This document shows positions 56,818 to 64,000 of a DNA stretch of 64,000 nt, piece after piece. The notes under the pieces are model-generated. The model searched no databases, was not told where the DNA came from, and worked only from the letters and a program-made list of their open reading frames with translations. Source of the DNA: a virus (taxonomy: Duplodnaviria > Caudoviricetes). Made by a program: the position numbers and the translations under genes. The stretch is from positions 96,001 to 160,000 of IMG/VR virus record IMGVR_UViG_3300037484_000435; one strand, given 5' to 3'. Numbering within the stretch: the stretch's first letter is position 1; each line of letters begins with the position of its first letter.

Positions 56818-57762
56818 TTAAAGACCTTTGTCTTGTTTATACTTTAAATATTTGTTATATTTTCTTGGAAGGTAGATGGTTGCATCTTGATACATTAACT
56901 CCAAGAAAGCCTTGGCTGTCTTTCCTCCGTAAGAGATTTCTCGATATATATCTTTGGGATGAACATAAATTCTCACCCTATTGGGATAAACCGCACCAAA
57001 AAGATTCCTAATTGACTCTAAAATACTTATATTTCCAGACAAATGTGCAACCAAGTCTCCTCGTTTAGTAACATAGACACACCCATCTCCATCAAAAAGC
57101 CCCCGTATCCAATGCCAATAAAACTTTTTCGGGATATTATAAGGGAAAGTTAATGTGTGTGCTTTTTTCTGGTGAAGTCCCCATATCTGTAATTCCTCAA
57201 TTAATTTTTTATTCCAAATGTCTAGGTAGCATTGAATCTGTGTATTATTGTCCTTTCGTTTATATTTATTTATCACTGAATCTGGAGAAATAAAATCTCG
57301 CAACATACATAGAAATTCATAATCTTGTTCAGCCAAGACAATCGATAATTTATAAAGACCCTTATCAGGATTGTTTAAGAGATAACCATCTGCCGATACA
57401 AATCCTAGAAAGTATGCTTTCTCTTGTGTATCTATAATAGAAAAATTTATTACAGGAAGAGCATATTGAACTTTTCTACGAAGTCCCATCTTTAAAGCCT
57501 GAAACTCAATGGCACTATAAGACCTTTGTGGAAAAATGGTGCACAGCTCTTCCCTTGTATTAACTATAGGATAGAATTTCTGTAACTTTAGTTTATCTTC
57601 AGCAGTCCAATAATGGGAAAGCTTCTTAATCTTCCACCGTGTTGCCTTAATATTTACCGCTGCCCTTGTTCTTCCTAACCTACGTGCAACTTCTTCTGTC
57701 GGAAACTTGTCGTAGTTATCTCGTAAAAAATCTTTCTCCTCCTGAGTCCAAACTCTGACCAT
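56818..57762 (-). CDS. free-standing LAGLIDADG homing endonuclease 4 with N-terminal Myb-like repeats
   Basis: WTQEEK/WTAEDK repeats; AYFLGFVSADG and WIRGLFDGDG. Confidence 0.88.
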   Translation of the reverse strand: MVRVWTQEEKDFLRDNYDKFPTEEVARRLGRTRAAVNIKATRWKIKKLSHYWTAEDKLKLQKFYPIVNTREELCTIFPQRSYSAIEFQALKMGLRRKVQYALPVINFSIIDTQEKAYFLGFVSADGYLLNNPDKGLYKLSIVLAEQDYEFLCMLRDFISPDSVINKYKRKDNNTQIQCYLDIWNKKLIEELQIWGLHQKKAHTLTFPYNIPKKFYWHWIRGLFDGDGCVYVTKRGDLVAHLSGNISILESIRNLFGAVYPNRVRIYVHPKDIYREISYGGKTAKAFLELMYQDATIYLPRKYNKYLKYKQDKGL

Positions 57763-57818
57763 ATTTATCTCCCCACCAATTCTACTTTTTTTATCTCAAT
57801 AATATCAAATACTTAGGG

Positions 57819-59729
57819 CTAATGGACCCAATAGGGCCCAAATTTTGCATCCACTTTACACGGACACACACTCGCAGGAATCATATCATAAAATGCCCGC
57901 GTCATTCCACCAACTAAAATTTCTTTAGCTTCCTGAACTACTTCTTTCTTCACCATTGTTTGTATCTCATCATGCACAACGGCCCATACATAGGCATTAC
58001 TATTGCCAAATCTGTTGTTTAATCCCTCATAAACATATTTGAGGGCCAATTTAGTCATTGAGGCTGACGAACCTTGAATTGTATGATTCACGGCCTGTCT
58101 TCTTACACCTGCTTTTATCTTCTCATAATCAGGGTCTGAGTTCGGGGGTAAGTTATAATATCTACGCCTACCCATTAAGGTCAAACTAAAACCCTTCTCC
58201 ACCGCCTTGTTACCTTCGACATCAATATAACGCTTCAAAGCGGGGTAAAACTTGAAGAAGCCCTGAATAACTGTCTTGGCTTCATCCTCAGGTATGTTAG
58301 CTACTTGAGCCAATCTTTTATAACTTCCACCGTAGGAGGTTAAGAAGTTAGCAGACTTACAAATACCACGTAGCCTTTTCCATTTTTCTTCTTCTTCTGT
58401 TATCTCGCTAAACCTTTGTTCATCTTGTTTCCTGTCTAAGGATTTCAAGATAGACCTCAGCTTATCCTTGTCAATTCCATATACCCGACACGTGGTGTTA
58501 TTATGTATATCCTCATTATTACGGAAGGCTTCCTGCATATTAACCTCATTACTGAGGTAGGATAACACCCGCAATTCCTGCCCGCCAAAGTCAGCTCCTA
58601 GACATACATAGCCTTCTGGAGCAACAAACCCGCGTCGATATTTACCCAAAGCGGGAATGTTCTGCATATTTGGGTCTTCAGATGCAAAACGTCCTGTTGA
58701 GGTTGAGCACTGTTTAAAACTAGCGTGCATACGACCAGTAACTCTGTTGATTCTGGCCAGCATCTTCTCACCGTAAGAGGTAAAAAACTTTCTTAGTTCT
58801 CGGTATTCCAATAGAGGTTCAATTATTGGGTGTGAACCACTAATCTTTTCCAAGATGTCCGCTCCAGTTGATTCTACATTGAGGCCTAAATCTCTCAAGG
58901 CTGGCCCCAATTGTGCGGGGCTGTCTACAGAAATCCCACAGAAATTATCAAAGACCGATTTCTGTTTCTCTAGGGGTTTGAGGTAGGCGTTTATAATGAT
59001 ACGTAACTCATTAAGTCTTTCCTCAGTTTCCTGTAAAAGTTTTCGCCAATGCTCCAAATCCAAATCAACACCGTGATATTCCATCATGGCCACAGCAGGT
59101 ATAATATCAAATTCTAACTGTGATACTGGTATGAGGCCATCTTGTTGTAACTTAAATAGTTGGCCCCAGTAGATGGGCTGTAGAACATGCACATCTCTTG
59201 CAGAATACTGTAGCTGTTCTTCTGAAAAACCTGTCCGAACATACCCTGAGTAAAAACCTTTCCTCAGAGCTTTATTCATATCTTTCGTTGTAAACTTAGT
59301 GTATTTGGGGGCCACAACATCCAACTTCTGGTAACCGTTGGTAGGAAAATCTTTACCAGCACCCAAGATTTTCTCGCTAATCATAGTATCATACAGATTA
59401 ACGAGTTCAATCCCTGTCGAAGCTTTTATAATCTTGAAATCAAACCCGATGTTATGGCCTATTTTTAAACAATCCTTTTTGCTACAAATGTCCTTTAGCA
59501 ACCTATAAACTGGGGAGGTTGTATCCCTCCGTAAAATTGCGTTCTCTACCGTACAGTCAATCACCACATTACTCTGGCCATTTGAAAACTGCCAAAGCAA
59601 TAATTCTGCTGTGTGTGGGTCCAAACCTGTTGTTTCTGTATCTGTTCCAATTAAAGGGGCTCTAACAAATTCATGCAGAGCCCCGAGTATATCCTCATCC
59701 GTTTTCACGTATGTATACGGTAATTCCAT
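57819..59729 (-). CDS. polA: family A DNA polymerase (3'-5' exonuclease plus polymerase, no 5' nuclease)
   Basis: DTET, HNIGFD, YS.RD, TGR..S..PN.QNIP, ADF...ELR, R...K..NF...YG, VHDE. Confidence 0.95.
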   Translation of the reverse strand: MELPYTYVKTDEDILGALHEFVRAPLIGTDTETTGLDPHTAELLLWQFSNGQSNVVIDCTVENAILRRDTTSPVYRLLKDICSKKDCLKIGHNIGFDFKIIKASTGIELVNLYDTMISEKILGAGKDFPTNGYQKLDVVAPKYTKFTTKDMNKALRKGFYSGYVRTGFSEEQLQYSARDVHVLQPIYWGQLFKLQQDGLIPVSQLEFDIIPAVAMMEYHGVDLDLEHWRKLLQETEERLNELRIIINAYLKPLEKQKSVFDNFCGISVDSPAQLGPALRDLGLNVESTGADILEKISGSHPIIEPLLEYRELRKFFTSYGEKMLARINRVTGRMHASFKQCSTSTGRFASEDPNMQNIPALGKYRRGFVAPEGYVCLGADFGGQELRVLSYLSNEVNMQEAFRNNEDIHNNTTCRVYGIDKDKLRSILKSLDRKQDEQRFSEITEEEEKWKRLRGICKSANFLTSYGGSYKRLAQVANIPEDEAKTVIQGFFKFYPALKRYIDVEGNKAVEKGFSLTLMGRRRYYNLPPNSDPDYEKIKAGVRRQAVNHTIQGSSASMTKLALKYVYEGLNNRFGNSNAYVWAVVHDEIQTMVKKEVVQEAKEILVGGMTRAFYDMIPASVCPCKVDAKFGPYWVH

Positions 59730-60646
59730 TAAGGAGCCTCCAACAATGCTTTCCTGTGCTCAACTATATCTGGTAATTCAGACAGTATATCAGTAAGTTC
59801 CGCCTCTCCACAAGCCATTATTTTTGTGTTGTCCAACAAAAAATGTCCCTCTTTACTCTCCATTACCTTAGGTAAAACTTGTGGGCGTATAATAGGGATA
59901 AGTTTTTGTATTAACTCCGCATTTGGCATTCCAGACGCACTAGAAACATTATATACCCCGCGAAAATCTTTTATACCTAAAAGATTAGCAATCATAACAC
60001 AGGCTTGCCGAACCAAAATATAGTCCCTTTTCTGCTGGCCGTGCTTAACTAGCAATGGTTGGTCAGACAAAAGAGTCTGAATAATAAATGTGAGCGGGTC
60101 GGCCATAGGATGTAAGAAATCTCTTTTGCCCACTATGATAGACGGACGCAAAATTACTAGCGGTATCTTCAAGTTCTTACACACTGAAGTTACATATTTC
60201 TCAGCAATAAGCTTATCCGTAATGAACATATTGGGACTTTCCCAGTTGATTATAGATGTCTCCTTAATTAAACCAGTTTTAGGTTTGTAAACCATATCCG
60301 AAGAGACGTAAACAAGCCGTGCACCATCCAACACTGACATAATAGGGAGCATACGTACCATGGCATGCATTAACCACGAGTACCGCACATGCGGCGTGAC
60401 ATTCGGGTCATTAGCAAAAAAGAAAGGGAGCCAGACTACATTATCCGGCGTGAATGATTTTAAGGCAGAGGACACAGAAGATTCATTAGTAGCGTCCCCA
60501 AACATAATCTGTAGGTTAGGGCTATTCTCTAGAGGGGAAGAAAAACTGTAGTTATCATATACCGCTACAGACTCTCCCCGTAACAATAATTCTTGGGCGA
60601 GATTCCTCCCAAGGAACCCCGCCCCTCCAATAAGTAAGTGTTTCAT
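59729..60646 (-). CDS. extended-SDR NAD-dependent epimerase/dehydratase-like, catalytic Tyr missing
   Basis: GGAGFLG, VYVSS..VY, FITDK in place of YxxxK, LRP, RDYI.V. Confidence 0.85.
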   Translation of the reverse strand: MKHLLIGGAGFLGRNLAQELLLRGESVAVYDNYSFSSPLENSPNLQIMFGDATNESSVSSALKSFTPDNVVWLPFFFANDPNVTPHVRYSWLMHAMVRMLPIMSVLDGARLVYVSSDMVYKPKTGLIKETSIINWESPNMFITDKLIAEKYVTSVCKNLKIPLVILRPSIIVGKRDFLHPMADPLTFIIQTLLSDQPLLVKHGQQKRDYILVRQACVMIANLLGIKDFRGVYNVSSASGMPNAELIQKLIPIIRPQVLPKVMESKEGHFLLDNTKIMACGEAELTDILSELPDIVEHRKALLEAP

Positions 60647-60650
60647 TATG

Positions 60651-61142
60651 TTATTCTAACTTATTTTTCTCTTGGTAATCGATAAATGTCTTTCTCTGTA
60701 ATATAGCAAGGTCAAAGTCCTGTTGAGAAAGAGTGGACTGTTGATTATCTTTCAACTGTTGGTCTATATAAGACTCAATAGGTTCCATATTATATCCCAG
60801 ACCTTTCCCTATATCTATCTTCTTCAATAACTGTCGACTAAACTTACGGGCAGAAAAATCTTCGCCCCCATTATAAAACATAATTAATCGAGATAGTAAA
60901 TGTTTAATCTCGCTGTGTAAAGTTTCTAATGAAGGTGGGGGAATTTCTTCTTGGCAGTCCGACTCCCTCTTATGTTGAGCGAAACCCAACAGACGACCGT
61001 CCACCTCATCCAACTCAAACTCTTCTACAGAAATATCATAGCCTAATCTATAGTGGTCAGATATCTCTTTACTACTACATACCCCAATGACTGTGTCTTC
61101 CTCGGGGCATGCCCCATGCCTTATTAATACATATACCAACAT
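60651..61142 (-). CDS. hypothetical protein
   Basis: 163-aa ORF. Confidence 0.5.
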   Translation of the reverse strand: MLVYVLIRHGACPEEDTVIGVCSSKEISDHYRLGYDISVEEFELDEVDGRLLGFAQHKRESDCQEEIPPPSLETLHSEIKHLLSRLIMFYNGGEDFSARKFSRQLLKKIDIGKGLGYNMEPIESYIDQQLKDNQQSTLSQQDFDLAILQRKTFIDYQEKNKLE

Positions 61143-62291
61143 TTATTTCTTCCTCGTTGACATTCTAGCTCCACCGGGAGTGCTGAGTGCGGCACCGCCT
61201 ATGGCTGCTCTCAAATCAGGCCTCTCCAGACCTATATAATTTTCCAAAGCCTCATTTTTAATCGATACCAAACGAGGTAAGTCCTCTGCTGGAATAAACG
61301 GAATGACTCGTGATGCATCATATACTGTGCGACTTGTCTGCTTCCAAGAAACGATTGAATCATCATCCTCAAACTTGAATAGGTTATCCATCGCAACTTT
61401 ACTGTCTGCCCAAGCCTTAAGTTCAAAGATACGATTCTTGGCAATCTTTTCGACAGCCTTTATCTTCTTCCACTCTGTTGTAAACTCGGCTTCAGAAACC
61501 AGTGACTGAATGGGGGTAAACTTTATGTCTGAGTCCAGAACCTGTTTGTAGGCGGAACACATGTGTTTATAACCACACCAAGGACAATACTGGTTAATAG
61601 TAGGGGTTACATCTTTTGTGGAAAGATCGCCCATCGCTGTCCAAAGCGCATTAAGCCACTGTTCAAAATTCTTTCTCTCATCAGGGGACCTCTCAGTAAT
61701 TACAGCCTCACTTCTAAGAAAGTCAAGAGCTAACCATATTTGATTATACTGGGGGTGTGTCCTGCTCATCATATAATCATACATAGAAAGTTGCACATCA
61801 GTACGTGCTTCATTCAGAGTTTTAGCCCTTCTTGAAGTCTTGTAGTCAACAATCAGTGCTGTCGTAGGAGACATCTCCTGCACCAAGTCAATAATACCGT
61901 TTAGAGGGACACCTCGGTCAGTTGTTACCTGTAATTTATAGAAGTTTAATTCTGTCGCTTTAACGGGGTAGTTTGGGTTGTGCCTATAAAGGCGGGCACG
62001 AATAAGGTCTTGTCCTTCCTTTAGTAGCTCAGGATTAGCTATCCGTTGCCCCGCCGCGTACTCTAAGAACTTCGTAGCAATCTCCTCACAGAGTTCTGCG
62101 GTCAGAGCCTCCCCAAACATCAAACGCTTCCCTAAATCCTCTAGGGCAGCGTGAACAGAGGAACCAAAACGTAAGGCCTCAGTGTCCCCTAAATCCTGCT
62201 CCTTGGTATGGTAACGCCAGTGAAATTTTAAAAGACATTGTAGATACGTATCTATACACGTGGGACTTAAACTTCTAGGTCGAATGCTCAT
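61143..62291 (-). CDS. PD-(D/E)xK RecB/Cas4-like exonuclease
   Basis: LSP..I..Y..C, G..VH..LE, GIID, VDYKT, QL..Y, CPWC.Y...C. Confidence 0.88.
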   Translation of the reverse strand: MSIRPRSLSPTCIDTYLQCLLKFHWRYHTKEQDLGDTEALRFGSSVHAALEDLGKRLMFGEALTAELCEEIATKFLEYAAGQRIANPELLKEGQDLIRARLYRHNPNYPVKATELNFYKLQVTTDRGVPLNGIIDLVQEMSPTTALIVDYKTSRRAKTLNEARTDVQLSMYDYMMSRTHPQYNQIWLALDFLRSEAVITERSPDERKNFEQWLNALWTAMGDLSTKDVTPTINQYCPWCGYKHMCSAYKQVLDSDIKFTPIQSLVSEAEFTTEWKKIKAVEKIAKNRIFELKAWADSKVAMDNLFKFEDDDSIVSWKQTSRTVYDASRVIPFIPAEDLPRLVSIKNEALENYIGLERPDLRAAIGGAALSTPGGARMSTRKK

Positions 62292-62842
62292 TCTATATTT
62301 CTCCTACCTGGAGTAAGGACTATCTCTCCAGTTCTTATTTTTTCTTCAAAACGGTTTGCGTGCAATTTTCGATGACACACTACACATAAATAAATACATT
62401 TTTCTAATTCTGGAACCACTTCTAATTCCCAATCTTTCGACGACATTCGTGCAACAATATATTTCTTTGTCTCTGGGTTTACATGGTGACACTCATATAA
62501 TGAGAAACAATTCTCGTTGCAATGGCAGATAAAACACTTCTCCCCAAAATATTGGTGCAACTTTCTGTTCCAAATCTCTATTCTTTTTTTGTGATAGGCC
62601 AATCGTTTATCCACATGCCTATAATAGCTCTCTCTATTCTTTTTGCGGGATAAACCAAGGGATTTATAGTATTTTTTCTTTCGTTGCTCTTGTATTATAC
62701 CTCTATGCTCTTCGTAATACTTTTGTTTTTTCTTAGACGAACAGTCCCTACAATCTAAATCATAGTAACCGCTAGTCTTCGCTCTATAGAAGGAGCTTTC
62801 TTCCTTCTCCTCTCTACAGGTACGACATATTCTTTTGCTCAT
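62288..62842 (-). CDS. HNH endonuclease-like, tandem copy 2
   Basis: C..C...C..C N-terminus; CFIC...HHV.P...ELEKC..LC..CHR..H. Confidence 0.8.
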   Translation of the reverse strand: MSKRICRTCREEKEESSFYRAKTSGYYDLDCRDCSSKKKQKYYEEHRGIIQEQRKKKYYKSLGLSRKKNRESYYRHVDKRLAYHKKRIEIWNRKLHQYFGEKCFICHCNENCFSLYECHHVNPETKKYIVARMSSKDWELEVVPELEKCIYLCVVCHRKLHANRFEEKIRTGEIVLTPGRRNIE

Positions 62843-63393
62843 TCCTTTTTTCCAGCCCTTAGGATTAATTTTCCAGATTCTATATCTTCATTAAACCAAC
62901 CTGCGTGTATCTTTCGATGACAGTTTGCACATAAATAAACACACTTTTCTAGTTCTGGGACCACCACTTTGTCCCACTGCCGACCATATAACTGATATAA
63001 GGAATAAACTTTAATGTCTGGGTCAACATGGTGCCCATCATAAATTTCGTAAAAGGGCTCATTCCTATGACAGATAAAACATTCACCCCCATAATAATCA
63101 TGAATTTTTTTGGAAAATTCTTCCCTTCTCTTATTGGCACTATCTCGATTTAACCTTTTTCCTCTCTCACTCTGCTTATATTGTCTTGATGTTATAGAAG
63201 CCCTTTTTTTATTATTTCTGTACCACTCTTTTGACCTTTCTCTATTCGTCTGCCTTGTCTCATCTGACATCTGTGACCGTTTAGTAGCCTCACATTGTTT
63301 ACAGCGGGTCTTTAATCCGTGTTTCTGATACTTATCTTTACCAAAACAACTCTTTTCCCTTTCTTCTTGGCAATCAACACAAACATAAAACAT
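62839..63393 (-). CDS. HNH endonuclease-like, tandem copy 1
   Basis: Same architecture; CFICH...HHVDP...VVPELEKCVYLCANCHRKIH. Confidence 0.8.
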   Translation of the reverse strand: MFYVCVDCQEEREKSCFGKDKYQKHGLKTRCKQCEATKRSQMSDETRQTNRERSKEWYRNNKKRASITSRQYKQSERGKRLNRDSANKRREEFSKKIHDYYGGECFICHRNEPFYEIYDGHHVDPDIKVYSLYQLYGRQWDKVVVPELEKCVYLCANCHRKIHAGWFNEDIESGKLILRAGKKE

Positions 63394-63517
63394 CCAAACG
63401 GCCTCCTAAAATAAATGATAAGCTGGCTAAAGACCAACCTATCCTCAATCTAGATATAAGGTTAACTAAAAATATTTCATTTTCTCCAATTATAATTTTA
63501 ATTCTGTTGATGAATAG

Positions 63518-63553
63518 TCTCTACTGTATATCTAGTACACAAATCTATCTCTA
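63518..63553 (-). promoter_or_regulatory. 36-bp motif, copy 2 (putative promoter/operator)
   Basis: 32/36 identical to 41496..41531. Confidence 0.65.
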
Positions 63554-64000
63554 CTTCGCAGGCTTGATATTGAGCCCTTCTAAAAATCTGGAGGGCTTGG
63601 AATAAAACACACTCTTCCCTTCGACATAAGCTCTAGGGTAACACATGTAAAGTCTATTGCGTGCCCTAGTCATAGCCACATAAAAAAGACGGTGTTCTTC
63701 TTCCATATCCTTCTCAGACTCAAAACTCTTACTAGAAGGTAACCTGCCGTCTGTGAGGTTGACAATAAAAACATTATCCCACTCTAGCCCCTTGGCAGAA
63801 TGTATAGTAGACAGTGTTAGTTTATCTCCCTTACGAGCTTCGTCGTCGAAAGCATCAGAAGTGTACCAAGCATCAACAATATCTTGTAACTTAGGAGAAA
63901 TTCTCCACTGCACACAAAGGTTATCAATATCCTTTACGCGGGTCTCGTAAGCCTCAGCTTCCGACTTTAAATCCTTTTGGGAATTAAGCACCGCCTTATA
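63551..64000 (-). CDS. UvrD/Rep/PcrA superfamily-1 helicase C-terminus (runs off the window)
   Basis: LSTIHSAKGLEWD.VF, EEHRLFYVAMTRAR. Confidence 0.92.
   Translation of the reverse strand, partial: YKAVLNSQKDLKSEAEAYETRVKDIDNLCVQWRISPKLQDIVDAWYTSDAFDDEARKGDKLTLSTIHSAKGLEWDNVFIVNLTDGRLPSSKSFESEKDMEEEHRLFYVAMTRARNRLYMCYPRAYVEGKSVFYSKPSRFLEGLNIKPAK

Noticed and set aside
43326-59729. Group I introns or inteins in thyX, nrdJ or polA carrying the LAGLIDADG ORFs
   Set aside because: Each host gene has a complete C-terminus and stop before the endonuclease, and no downstream exon is evident.
61143-62291. Cas4-like gene as part of a CRISPR-Cas system
   Set aside because: No repeat-spacer array or other cas gene is present; stand-alone Cas4/RecB-like nucleases are common in phage replication modules.
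41496-63553. The 36-bp motif as a canonical sigma70 promoter or E. coli-type LexA box
   Set aside because: TTGTGT is not 17 nt from a TATAAT-like hexamer, and the palindrome is 2 bp shorter than the E. coli SOS box. It is kept only as an unknown operator.

Overview
This window is best read as 64 kb from the interior of a large (probably jumbo) tailed dsDNA bacteriophage. It is densely coded in the standard genetic code, and I see no virion structural genes, tRNAs or CRISPR array. Two gene blocks converge at a hairpin near 29.6 kb. The + block (1-29563) is mostly small accessory genes. It also carries a DHH phosphoesterase, a deaminase, a DUF262 protein, a WGR-helical-catalytic PARP, an M28-like peptidase, SpeD, a Dcm-like methyltransferase, a metallophosphoesterase, a GNAT, a J-domain protein, an RNA ligase, DUF1385 and NAD-dependent LigA. 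The - block (29654-64000) holds replication, recombination and nucleotide genes: a ClpA/B-like ATPase, a Rad52-like annealase, dNMP kinase, HAD nucleotidase, UDG family 4, ThyX, an HD protein, NrdJ, PolA, a Cas4-like nuclease and a UvrD C-terminus. It also has four free-standing LAGLIDADG genes, three HNH genes and an IscB/omegaRNA locus with eroded ends. Two small genes resemble families I know from Desulfobacterota, hinting at an anaerobic deltaproteobacterial host. Highlights: (1) a eukaryote-like PARP with an intact H-Y-E triad; (2) a catalytically intact IscB whose guide would come from the UDG gene; (3) several apparent pseudoenzymes (RNase HII, ManC-like, metallopeptidase, SDR epimerase); (4) an expanded zinc-ribbon paralog family with a hypervariable acidic core; (5) an AMMECR1 + ASCH/DUF3850 + radical-SAM-like cluster; (6) RBS-sequestering hairpins and a duplicated 36-bp operator-like motif. 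All family assignments come from motif recognition by eye; no database search was run.
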